Shown: positions 12,730 through 24,410 of the stretch, in pieces | How the letters are laid out: each line of letters starts with the position of its first letter | Position numbering within the stretch: position 1 is the first letter of the stretch | Source: Amphiscolops sp. MND2022 | Taxonomy: Eukaryota | Assembly (NCBI GenBank): GCA_964187785.1 | Contig: OZ076412.1 | Span: forward strand, 25,606,001-25,670,000 | DNA: 64,000 nucleotides | Direction of reading: 5' to 3' | Notes under the pieces: model-generated | Database searches by the model: none | What the model was told of the DNA's origin: nothing | The model's input: the letters and a program-made list of their open reading frames with translations, nothing else | Position numbers and translations under genes: made by a program

Positions 12730-13283
12730 GGTAAATGGTCACTTGGCTTAATGCCATTTGGCTTAAAGTCATTTGGCTTAAAACAATTGGTCACTTGTCT
12801 CAATGTTTTTAAGCTAAGTGTCTCAGGTATTGGTCACAGGTATTAGTCATTTGATTCAAAACCACTAGTTGAAAACACGTGGAAGATTTTGTCGAATTTA
12901 TCTTTATAACGTAGTCAGCGTATTTTTATAACATGTCATATCAAGTACCCCTCGGATATGTCCCCATTTCTTCTAGTGCCCTGCGGCCACTTGCGGCCGC
13001 TTATATTCCCATCTTGCTAAGCGAGGTCGAACAAGAGCAAAGATCTAGCGGGAACGAAGATCGCGAAGTGATCGTAGTGGGAGCTGGTCTTTGCGACGGT
13101 GAGGGCGAGCGTGCATACACCGCATATGCCCCACATTATGATATTTCCGGGAGTTGACATATTTATTCCTCGAGTTGGAATGGAGTTGGCTTAATTTTGT
13201 GGTCACTTGGCTTAAAATTTTTAAGCCTAATGACTCAACGAAAAAATTGAGCCAAATGGTATTAAGCCAAGTGACTGGTAACC
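12730..13283. mobile_element. Foldback MITE M5 (TTGGCTTAA arms) carrying core A; 8-bp TSD
   Basis: TIR GGTAAATGGTCACTTGGCTTAATGCCATTTGGCT / AGCCAAATGGTATTAAGCCAAGTGACTGGTAACC. Flanks CCACAACT and TCACAACT. Confidence 0.8.
12943..13137 (+). repeat. Core module A, copy 4
   Basis: Matches the other copies over the full length. Confidence 0.9.
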
Positions 13284-13330
13284 TCACAACTTACTTCATA
13301 TAACAAAAACCAAACCGATTGCAAACTACC

Positions 13331-13897
13331 TGTACGATCTCTTTTTTTGGCTTCTTCGGATTTTTCTTTTTTTTTTATTGTAGTTCCAGCTTTTTTCTAG
13401 AAAAAGTTAGTTCTCTGTTCTTACAATGTATTCAGCTTCCCTTTTCTACGCGTTGGGTTCGGTTGATGGTGTAGAAGACTTTGTCGATCGTAGAATTTTG
13501 ATATTTTTCTTCAGAAACAGAGAAAAACGAGTTAAGTTGATGATTTTGTTCTAGATTTAAATTAGAGCAAATACAATATTCAACTGAAGTTATATTCAAC
13601 TTCTCGCAAGCAAGTCTCTCGGTTGGTGTGTCAGTAATTTTCCTTCTTGCAATCTATAATTTTGGCACTTCCTGTTTCCCGTTTGTTTGAAGGAAGTGGT
13701 GATCAATATTTATAAAATGCCGCACCAAATATGGTAAAACATGATTATTATGAGAGTTTAAATATTTGATGATTGGTAATAAATTGCTTATTTTGCTGGT
13801 CAAGTTCGATAATCTCTTGGGTGATGACCTTTCCTTGTTGGGTAAGTTCCATCAACGATGGCCTTTTTCAGGTCAATGGTAACATGGATATGTTACA
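13331..13897 (-). repeat. 3' LTR (567 bp)
   Basis: TGTACGATC..ATGTTACA; highly similar to 26267-26630. Confidence 0.95.
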
Positions 13898-14141
13898 CTA
13901 CCCAACTTCAGAAGCTTCCAGTGGGTTTGAAAAATTGACCGGTCGGTATCGTGAAGAAGCAATTTCCAGATTAGGAGTGATCGTTGTGTAGAAAGAAGGA
14001 CGAAAGATGGCGATCCACACGCAGAAGTCCAGGTCAAGGAGAAGGGAGAAAATGAAGAGTCATAGGATATACAATTTGAAAGGGATGATATACAGCTAAA
14101 CAGTCATTGTTTATGATTTTTCAATAGCAGTTGATACATGA

Positions 14142-16486
14142 TTACACATTCATTACGCTTGAATTATATAAGAAAAAGCTCTTTAAAAGATTTTTGTTAT
14201 AAATATTATTTTTCGATTTCATAAAGGGGGCAGGTAATGTATATTGAGCTGGGGCTAGCGTGTCCCTAGTTGAGCCACGTCGTCTGATAAAGATTGTGTC
14301 TGTCTCTCGTTGTTCAATGTCTGTGCTTGCGTTTGTGCCAGCGTTTAACTTGAGCATATGGTCAGAGGCATATTTTTGGCATGTTTTGCATTTATGATAG
14401 AAGAACATGAAAATGAAATGAAGTATCATTGATCCAAAAAATGAAACGATGCTCATTCCAATTGATGTTTTCCAGGTCGAATACGAACTGAGTTCATCCT
14501 GCAGGAGTGGTCGTAATGATCTCATTTTGCTCGTGATGGGTCTCGCTATTTCCATTAGTTTGTCCGTTGATTATAGTTTCGGGCTCGTAAGAAGTTTTTG
14601 CCGAAGTTCTGTCAGCATTTGAACGACTTTGTTGGAAAATATGGCATTTCGTCTACTGGTGGAACTTCGCTCAAAAGACGTTTCAGTGGGTCAGGCAAAT
14701 TAACATGAATTTTGATCGCTGGTATACTTTTACATGTTTGTAGGTCAGATCGAATTGTTATATGTGGTCCCGTGAGTTGTTTTCAACATGCTAATGTAAT
14801 TATGCAAATATTACAACCTGGGTATTTGGTCAAGCCTGTTGCCGTGTTTGAGTCTGAAGTAGTCTCATACAACGTGTAGGCTTTTGTTGCCGATGTCACT
14901 AGCCAAACTCCATAGCCAAGGTTTTCTGCTTTTTCTGTAGCCGGTAGTTCAATCACTTCGGTATCACATTTTTGAATTGATTCTGACGATCCTTTGAAGA
15001 ACAATGTTGCCAAACACGATCCATGACCGCGTTCAGTGGCAATTGAACGATGACAGATTTGATAGGTTGGTGATCCAATGCAATTCACCAAATCATATTT
15101 GCTCAAAAGAGCTGTTTCTAGATTGCTAGATTGTCTTCCGAGATAGCGAGGAACTGAGTTTCTGTTTTCCATTTCATCGCCAGTGTCAGTTCTGGTTGCG
15201 GCATTGGAATCGGTGTTGCTCTATAAACTGTAAGCGATGTTTGTTTTGACGCCAATGGTATTGATAAAGTCATTAGGAGACCTTCTTCCAATGTGATGAC
15301 ATCTGTCAGAAGTTTCGCTTCGTAGTACGCTAGAATTTCTTTTGGTGGAATGGCCAATGTTAAACGATCGTCAGCTTGACCCTGTTCGATAATGACTTCT
15401 TCTAATATCTTCAGTAGTGATTGTCGCGGCACTAGTGACAATGGTAGAAATTGTCCCAAAATTGTTGGTATCGCATTCACAATGTTCAACTGGTAGGCGT
15501 ACAATGAACTACGGTAAGCTTTAATATTTGTATGTGTCATTGTTAACAGTGCTGTCATAGTATCATACTTAAAATTCATCTGCTGTCGTGAGAATAGAAG
15601 TTGTGTAATAGATGAATGTTGTTTTGGAACACAGCAAATTGATTTTCAATTATCTTCCAGTTGTTGTCTTGTGTTTCAGCTAGTTCTTGTTGTATTTGAT
15701 GTAACTTGGAGACTTCATTCGTCAGCAGGTAGATTTTTTCGTTAGATTCGGATCGTAGTTTGTGAACATTCTCAGCGATGTTTTCGGAAATGCGGTCCAG
15801 TCGAAGTATGTTGTTTGCATTTTCCTTCGCTTTGTCTTGACATGAGCCGAAGACTCCTCTAAGTCCGCAGCACTCACTACTGCCTAGCAGAATCCCACTT
15901 CCAAAAAACCAACTGAAGCTAGAGCAGCAAATGCTAATGGCGCTGCTCTCTTTACTCGACTTTGGCTTCCGAATTGTGGTTCTTCGTTAGGATGCAATAG
16001 TATTGAAATTTCGTTACGTAAGTTCTAGAGATCGGTGGAAGCTAATTGTGATTCATTTTGCACGTGATGTAAAATCCAATTAATGTCAAAAACTGAGTCA
16101 TTTGTTGTGAAATTACTGGAGAATGTCAAGTCACAAAATATACTCGGTTCTTTCCAAAGTTGGTGCAAGGCGTGAACTGATTCATTGAGATGTTCGTGCA
16201 ATTGTATGTCCAAGTTCGGAAATGGTACCAGAAATTCAACATTTATGAACTTTTCCGCTAGTAGGATTTTTGTTTCATGATTGAAGATGATACCATTTTC
16301 CAAAAGAGCATTTGCCTCGTGATCAGGAATAATGTCTGATGCCCATTTCGATGAATTGTCAGAAAGAGACAGCGTGAGAAGCCCGGAAATGACTAAAACG
16401 CAAAGAAAGTTTGTTAAAGGTTTTGTTGTGAATGTTTTTTTAGAAGTTGTGTTGTGCCAAGAATGAATTGCCGAAATGTCACCCAC
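14142..16486 (-). pseudogene. env: env-like class I (F-type) fusion glycoprotein, frameshifted
   Basis: Hydrophobic signal-like stretch FLCVLVISGLLTLSLS, furin site RVKR (15947-15958) followed by AAPLAFAALASVG, heptad-like region, Cys-rich region, C-terminal TM SIGMSIVSFFGSMILHFIFMFFY. Confidence 0.85.
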
Positions 16487-16684
16487 AATTTACAGTGCTG
16501 TGGAAACGTCTTGTGCTTTGCCCAAGAGGGAGAGATTGTAACCTGTTCCTCGAGGCACATATTTTGTGCCACCACTACTACCATTGGGCCCAGTGGAGTA
16601 CGGGCAGATCATTCATGGGTGACGCTGTGTATTCTGACAGGCATTCTCGTGCTTTTACTGGTGGTGCGCATGATGCGACGGTAG
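16463..16684 (+). CDS. Small Cys-rich single-pass membrane protein (73 aa), antisense in the LTR element
   Basis: Cys-rich N-terminus with an NVT sequon, TM-like WVTLCILTGILVLLLVV, basic RMMRR tail. Confidence 0.4.
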   Translation: MNCRNVTHNLQCCGNVLCFAQEGEIVTCSSRHIFCATTTTIGPSGVRADHSWVTLCILTGILVLLLVVRMMRR

Positions 16685-16972
16685 AATGTGACTGTCGATG
16701 TTCCAGGAATGAGGTGTGATTCCTCCAGTGGAAGAACTGTCTCTTCAGCCCTGTTGTTTTGCTCTGGTTGCGTTTTTTTTGTTTATTGATTACTTTGATC
16801 AGGATTACATGTTTTTATCAAATACCAGTTAGTTGTTAGCGTAAGAAAGAGCGGATAATAATTAAAGTCTCAACGGTTTAATTTGTTTTTTTTGCGAAAT
16901 ACTTTTAGTGATGATGAAGCAAGATAATTCATTGGAAAATTATCTAGTTGCGTGTTTGAAGCATGTTAAGTT

Positions 16973-17482
16973 TTGCACGTATTTGAGATAGCGATGGCAG
17001 TAAGCAAATTGAATTATCTGATTGAAAATTTCGGCAGCCGAGAAGGTCTAGAGGAACTTGGTTGGCAAAATGTGCCTGTTCTGAATTGCCCCGAAGCCAA
17101 AGATTGGAAGGAAATTATATCATGCGCCTGCAGGAAGAACTTTGGACTTTATGTAGATTCAACCGGAAAATCGTCCTGGTTTCAAAAGCCAATAGCGGTG
17201 AGAAATGCAAATGTGTTTAATTTGAATGTTGATTTTGTGGAAGCGGTCAAAAGGTGCCGCACTGAGAAAGATGTCATGAAGGTTTTCAACAAATTTACAG
17301 AAGCAGGTAAATCGAGGCTCATCAGTAGATTGGGCGATAAGGAGTGGGCGCCTCAATCAAAAGCGTGGAACATGCGTGTGACCGATCTAGCGGAATACTC
17401 AGTTCCCTCAAATCTATCCGGTCACCACAGTAGTGGAATCATAACACTCGGACGATGGCATACCGATGGGAATGTAGAGTGA
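16973..17482 (+). CDS. Hypothetical antisense accessory protein (~165 aa)
   Basis: Open 510-bp frame with globular-protein composition, between pol and env. Confidence 0.5.
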   Translation: MHVFEIAMAVSKLNYLIENFGSREGLEELGWQNVPVLNCPEAKDWKEIISCACRKNFGLYVDSTGKSSWFQKPIAVRNANVFNLNVDFVEAVKRCRTEKDVMKVFNKFTEAGKSRLISRLGDKEWAPQSKAWNMRVTDLAEYSVPSNLSGHHSSGIITLGRWHTDGNVE

Positions 17483-17512
17483 GGAGGGGATGATTCGCTC
17501 TCCTACACTCCT

Positions 17513-18034
17513 GTGGGTTTAAAAATTTTTCTCATCGCCAAATGGGGAAAGTATTCGCAACTTTTGCTGAAAAGCACCAAAACGATGGAGTGCACAGTTA
17601 ATCTGATCCTTAATGGTCCTCCTAAAGGGTGGAAAGAGAATGTTAAGATCTTTGTGTCGGCCAGTGATCTTTTTCTGGCGCAGCCAGCCTTGTGTTGCCA
17701 TTCAGTCCTTACAGTATCAGAGGGACCAGCTTTTGTCACTGGCTGGGAAGCCATGGACAGGAACGATACCAAGCGCAGTCGGCAAACACAGAATTTTTTT
17801 GCCACTGGGCTCTCGGCAAAAACACTCCGCGAGTTGCGGAAAAAAAAGAGTATGAGCCAAATCTCAGCTATCATTGAAAAGAAAGAGGAGGAGGAGGCTG
17901 CAAACAAACCGCAGGAAGAGCAGAGCGAGTCAGAGGCAGCGATGCAATTACGTTCCCTGGTGGAACGTGGACTTGACGTAGTGGCTCCCCCACAAAAAAG
18001 CGGCGTTCCCGAAAGGGGCAAAAACAACAGATGA
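17513..18034 (+). CDS. Hypothetical antisense accessory protein (up to 173 aa, charged C-terminal half)
   Basis: Open frame 30 bp after the previous ORF; LRELRKKK..EKKEEEEAA helix-like segment. Confidence 0.45.
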   Translation: MGLKIFLIAKWGKYSQLLLKSTKTMECTVNLILNGPPKGWKENVKIFVSASDLFLAQPALCCHSVLTVSEGPAFVTGWEAMDRNDTKRSRQTQNFFATGLSAKTLRELRKKKSMSQISAIIEKKEEEEAANKPQEEQSESEAAMQLRSLVERGLDVVAPPQKSGVPERGKNNR

Positions 18035-19627
18035 ATTTGCCAAATGTAAAGAAGAGTATCTTAAAGAAGAAAGGCCTGAGCATTGAATAAACCCTCTGTT
18101 TTTGGTGAGTTTGATCCCTGCGTTTATGATTTTTGTTTTGTTTTACAGAGTTGTGAGTGGACTGAACTGGATAGTGTTGTGAAATGTCATGTGTGAGCAA
18201 CTGTTTGTGTTGGTTGTAAACATTGTTCGTGTGGCCAACTGAAAAAAAAATTTTGTTTTGTTTCTTTTTTTGCATCTCGTTGGTTGCTGAAGTCCTCGGT
18301 GTCAGTATACCGAATTGTCAGGGCTCTTGCCAGGGGGGGAGGTGTTTTGTTTTAACAGTTTTGAAGAGTTGTTGACTAAATGTTTGATTGGTTGGGCGTG
18401 TAGCGTTCGACCCAAAAAAGTTAGCTCTTGAAACGAAATCGCTCGATGGCATTAGACAGTCCAGTGATGTGTACTTTGATCTGATCACGTGGATGTGTCG
18501 AGGCTAGAATTTACGTATTGGTTGAAATTATCTTGATTTGGTATTTTATCGCTCGGTCAAATATTTCTCATTGAGGCAAAAACTTTTACATCGAAAAAAG
18601 TTAGTTCTTTGGAAGAAATCTTAAAATACGGTTTTGGCGACCCGATATGGCCTACTGAGAAACCATCTGACGATTTGGCGAGGATGTATTTTTGATTGTC
18701 CGTCTTTTTGTTTTGAAAATATTGTCTTGTTTTTCATAACATGCTCGTCTTTTTTCCGTTCAAAATTTTTAAGTATATTTTTTTTGAATTTTTGATTGTG
18801 ATTGTGTCCCTGTAATTGGGGTGCTTAGTCAAGTGCAAATGCTCGTTAGGCTCTTAATAATTGATGGGTTGAGAAAGGTCCTGAACGGAATTACAAATGA
18901 AATCCATCCAAAAGTTACTTCCCATGATGTTCAATGGAGGTTTCAAAAGGTAAGTTTTGCTATAAAATATAAAGTATGCGGTGCTGTAGTTTTCTCGCTT
19001 TCAAGCTTCTGCAATCAGCTTCCAGGTTTTGGCAAGAATGATTCCGCATTTTATAGTCTAGTTGTTTTTGTGATGGTATTTGGTGAAAAACAGCGTGAAG
19101 GGAACCCACGAAGGAAAAAAGTTAGTTCTCATCCGAAAGGCGCTCGGTGGCAGAAAGGAAGCCAGCAATGACTTGAATATAAGCGTCTCCAAGATTTCTC
19201 GAGCGCAGTTTTTGCAACCGTTCTTTGTGAAAATGTTTTTTTTCCACAAAATTATGGATTCTCGTGCTATTTGTGTTGGAGCCTTGAATCGTGCGCTCGA
19301 GGCTTTGTAGATCCAGAAACGTTTGTGTTGTTCAAGAGGCGTATGTTCAAAGGAAGTTTGTTGTCAAACACTTGTCACAACCGAAAAAGGTTGTTTTCTC
19401 ATTTTCAGTTTTTCAGTATGCAAAAGATTTTAACTGTAGCTGCAATGCCTTTCCTGCGTTTGCTCGATAGCGTTTTAATCGTTTGCGTTTTCTGATTGTC
19501 GATCATAGTTGTTTGATCTAAGAAAATAATTGGACTTATTTGCCTCACGTTGAAAGGTACTGTTAGTTCTTGTGGTATTTTGTGATTTGGATCTCGTTAC
19601 CGGTTGAGAATGTGTGTTCTGTTGCAA

Positions 19628-22600
19628 TCATTCTACCGCTTCTAAAGTTTTTCTATTAGCTTCCAATTGTGAAGACAAAAGTGCTCTTCGAGCAGCTCTA
19701 GCTTGATCACCTAGAGTTCGCGCCATTTTGTCATCATCAGAGAACCAAGACACCGTGTGTGATGTCGGTGTTGCCGTTGGTGACGGAACGCGAGGATGAA
19801 TTCGCGCATGTAGTCTAGGTCGCTGTGTTTCTGATTGCACATCAGGTTGCTCAAAGAGACGTTCCAAATTAAAGTCTGTTGTGTTGTCTCTTGGAGCGTT
19901 TGGTTCTCTTCTAGTGAGCGCCAATGCTGGTTGTACTATTGGAAATAGTAGCGTGGTTGTCACTTCATTTTGTGGTTCACTGTCCTGCAGGTTGAGTGTT
20001 TCAACGTTTGTGTGATGTTCATTCAACAGCTGTGGCAATTCATTGTCGAATAGACCTGGTTAACTCCGAAATTGACTTAGGGATGGATCAGGTTTGAATT
20101 CGGAAGGATGAAGTCTCGGCAAATCTTCAACGGTATATTGTGGTTTTATTGGTCTAATATGGAGTCTTTGAACGCATTGAGTGAATGGCGGTCCTACCTT
20201 TCGAATGATATAATTCGATTTCGTGAGAACCTGCTCGACTCGGTAGAGAGGCAGCCATGACTGCACTGTTTTAGACATAGTGCTAGACTGATCAGTGAGC
20301 AACGGGTTCAAAAGCAAGCAGTATTCGTGTTTTTTCAACGGTTGAGCTTCCGCTTTTTGATCATAGTAGTTTCGGTAACGATGATATGAGTTCAAAATGC
20401 GAGATTTTGTTTCGCAAAACTGCTGAACAAGAGTGTCTTGCAAGTCATTCACAAAGTCGCTCGATGGTTGAGACGAGTTTACATGTTTACTGAATCTCGA
20501 ATCAATGGGTTTGGAGGGATCTCGGCCATGATTTATTGAACTTGGCGTGGTACCGATTGAGACATGGTAAGATGTGTTGTGTACAAACGTTGCAATATCC
20601 ACAAACTTATGCCAGTTAGACCATGCACTGGTTGAGTTAATCTTCAAAATCCGTTTGAATGCACTATGTGCTCTCTCAACTACACCAACAACTTGTGCGT
20701 GTTTCAAAGATGCATGATTTAATTTATTTTCTAGCATGTTTGTCAACTCGTGCATTAGCTTGGATGTGGAACCTGTACCTAAATCTGCTAGAATAGTTTT
20801 AGGTATATAACTGTGTTTCAGAAATATGGAAACTAGCGCTTTTGCTACATTCTCTGCGCTGATGCTAGACAGCGGCACCGCGAACAGGTATTTCGAAAAG
20901 ACGTCGATTCCTGTTAGTGCGTATTTGTATACCGGTGCAATGAATTGACCAACGAGATCAATCTGCATCAAATCTCCGGGGAAGGTATGATCAGATGCTA
21001 ACGATTCTAGAGGTGGTCGCAACCTTTTCTGCTGAATGTTTTTCGTTTGCAAACAAGTTGAGCAGTTTTTCACATAGTTGAGCAAATATTCCGTGAAGCT
21101 TGGAAAATAGAAACGTTTTCGAAATTCGTATACTATTTTATTGATGCCCAGATGATCACTAGTTGGGGAATTGTTTAGTCTGTATAAAATTTCGGATCGA
21201 AGATGCTTTGGAACACAGTATTGTAAATGCGAGACAACTCCAACGTCGTTGAAAAACTTTCTGTAGAAGATACCATTTTCGAGTACCAGGCGACTGCGGT
21301 GTTTTGCATACTTCTTGATTTCTTGGGTTTCGTAGGTTATGTCAATGTCCAAGTTTTCTTCTAGCCATTTACGAACTTTGCGCAGTGCAGGGTCTTTCAA
21401 TTGTTCTGCTTTCAGGTTTAAGGTTGTGGCATGTGCAGAGATCTCAAAATCATTTAGTGGATCAGGTTCGTAGAGTGCGTTGTTTTCTGCTCTTGTTAAA
21501 CTTGTGTATTCCCAGTCGCACATGCTTTCTTTTTCACGAATAAAATTCGTAAGCTCGGGGAATTTTTCTTCTATTCCTGAAATTTTGTTCAAAATTTTCT
21601 CATATTCCTCATGGGTAGAGTTTTTATCCAAGGTTGTGTTGTTGAATTGAAGCTCGATTATTGAGATATCTGGTGTTTTGGCTGTCATCGAAACTTTTAT
21701 CTCTCAGATTGGTAATGAATCCGTTAGTCCGAGCTGTAGCGTTGCTCCTGGTTCTGTTTCCATGCGTGAAAGAAAGTCTGCGGCTGCATTTTCAATTGTG
21801 ATTCATTAAAGGTTTTTGAACCGAAAGAAACTGGTGCGTACTTTCTCGTTTTTCATTCTGCCGTCTTGTCAATGTAGTCCTCTATCATGAGTACAAAACC
21901 ACTACAATGGTAGCTAACATCGCAAAGGATAACGTACTGTTGATTTGGTTATGCCCAACGCAATGTTGTTGTCGTTGCTTTTAAAAGATCAGTTTTAATT
22001 TGCTTAAAATTTTCGATATGGTCATCTTGAACTCTGAAATCGACATCCTTCGCATAAATTTGTAAAAGGGTAGCAGCTTCTCGTTTAACTTTGGTATGAA
22101 ATTTCGAAAAAATTGTGTGAAGCTGATGAGTCTTTTGACTTGTTTCACCGTTTGTGGTATTTTGACTTTGTCTAGAAACTTTTCTATTTTCTTCGTTTCG
22201 GGAGTAATTCCCTCAGATGTGATCGTATTGCCTAAGAAAGAACTTTGCGACATTCCAAACTGACATTTTTCTGGTGAAAGCTTGAGTCCGGAACTTCGGA
22301 TACTAGCGAAAATTTTGGTCAGGTTTTCTTTGATTTCCGCAAAGTTTTCTGCTCCACTCCCACTGTCGTCCATGAATTGGGTGCAGAGGTTAGCCGCAAG
22401 ACATTGATCCAAGTATTTTCGTACAAAGGCACTAAATCCCGTAACGGATTTACTCAAACCTTGTGCCAAAACTTTGTATGCGTATGTCCTGGATACGAAA
22501 TTGAATGCAAGCAATTGTACCGAGAGCGAGTCTGCCATTTGAACGCAGTGGTACGCTTGCGAACAATCTAATTTTGTGAACAATTTCTTTCCCGCAAAAT

Positions 22601-24400
22601 GGTTAACAGCGTCCGTCATATTGGAAATAGGAAAATTGTGGTTGGCATATTCATGTCGCAGCAAATGATTTATTTTTCTGAGGTCATGCAAAATTCGCAA
22701 TCTTCCCGACGGCTTTCGCTGAGCGAAAATTGGGCTACTGTACTTCGAATTTGTTAGTGTTGTTATATTGACGTAGTATTGCAAAAGAGCCAATTCAACC
22801 ATCATTTCGTCTCGGAGGTGTATTGGCGTTGGCGGACTTTGCATATAAACTGCATTCGAGTGTTTGGGCGTCAATTTAATTTTCATTTCGGTGTTATAAC
22901 CAACGTCGAACCTGTGTTTGGCAAAAGTATCTTCAAATTCGATGAGAAGGTGTTCGAGCTCGCTGATTTCATCTGATGTCAAAACCGAATTCTTCCAATC
23001 GAACTTAGATAGAAATTCGTTCCGATCCGCTTCATTTTGTTTAGGGTTTTTTTGTTCGAGTTGCTGGAAATGGTGAAGTTGTTCATAAATTTTACGCGGT
23101 TTTGGTGTCAATTGTTCAGGATTATCACACGTTTCAGGTGTGGGAAACCATAAATTTTTGTAGTCAGGTTTCGGTTTTTGTGGTTGAAGTACTTTACCTT
23201 TGTCTTCACATTGGACTAGTTGGTTTATTTCCTGAAATAGCTCACCTTTCATAGCTTCATCAAGTGTCAAAGTTTCTGCCGGTATAGGTATCAACGATTA
23301 AGCTTCATCGAGAGTTAAAATCTGGAACTTTGCGACTGGTTGATTTTTTGAGACAGTGACTACATAATCTGTTAAATTCAAAGCCAGAATTTGTAATTCA
23401 TTATTACTTGCTATTGTTGTTAGACAAGATGACAAGCAAAGATCATGTTTCCGTTCAAACTGTACATCAGGTAAAATCATTCCCGTCATTCCTTCGAATT
23501 TTTTATCGTTTCGAGAAAATTTCAAATTTAAAACTTCTTGAGAATTAGGCTTGATCGTGACTTTTTGAGTTGTTTCAGCAACAATTTTCGTTTTGGAGTG
23601 AATTTTCCGCCTGGTTCCAGCTTTTTTTATTTCGTTCAGTTATAAAGTTATATCAGGAAACTTGAGTAACTTTTCACCTGGAAACATTCCTACTGGATAT
23701 TTTGAAAAAAAAAGAGTTCCCAAAATAACACTATTCATTGTTGGGAGAATCATGAAAGTTTCTTCAAATTCGCTGTCATGAATAAAAAATTTCAAAACGA
23801 TTTCGCCGAGTACTGGTAATGATTTGCCAGAGGCCATCCGAACTGTTTTATATTTCGCATTTTTGACCAATGTTTTCATTACGTCCACATCCGTCATCAG
23901 CTCTGTATAAAGAGACTCTGGGATCGCACTAGAGCACGCACCTGTATCTATCAACGAGCGTCGCCGAAGTTTTGAGCTAAACTTCAAGGGTACATCAAGT
24001 AAGGGGTACATCACCTTCTAACGGAATTACTGCATCCAAAAGATTTCTAGAATCTTCTGAATCAAAAGTGTCTTGCAGTTCATGAACAATTTCGTTAAGT
24101 TGCGATAATGGGATGTTTTGTTTCACTTTTTTCTTCGTAAATTGTCTACATTCTTCAGCTAGATCTTTCGAAATTTTTGCTTTCAAATTTTTATCGTATT
24201 GACCTTCTTCGAATTGTTGGTCCACATGCTTTAAAGCACCCTGTAAGGCTAACTCTTTTGTTTTCAATAGATGTCGCAGGGTATCATTTTTATTTAATTT
24301 TTTGGATTTTATATTCAAGTTTTCTAGATCTTTTTCTAAAGAACGTTTATCTGCTAAGTATGGTGATGAGGATGATTTTGGGAAAGACCTGTTTTTCTAG
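19628..24400 (-). pseudogene. pol: pol (PR, RT, partly deleted RNase H, integrase), frameshifted
   Basis: LIDTGACSS protease; RT RKPSGRLRILHDLRKIN, LDCSQAYH, QFMDD; CDVS RNase H; integrase H..CSTC, QIDLVG, ADLG, VERAH. Confidence 0.95.
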
Positions 24401-24410
24401 TGTGGAGGAT

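Noticed and set aside
12254-13137. Back-to-back core A copies as long TIRs of one transposon
   Set aside because: Each copy sits inside its own MITE (M4, M5) with separate arms, and LINE sequence lies between them.
13898-13902. The TSD CTACC equals the bases just inside the 3' LTR (PPT end)
   Set aside because: The LTR still has canonical TG..CA ends and the host LINE reads through one CTACC, so this is most likely coincidence.
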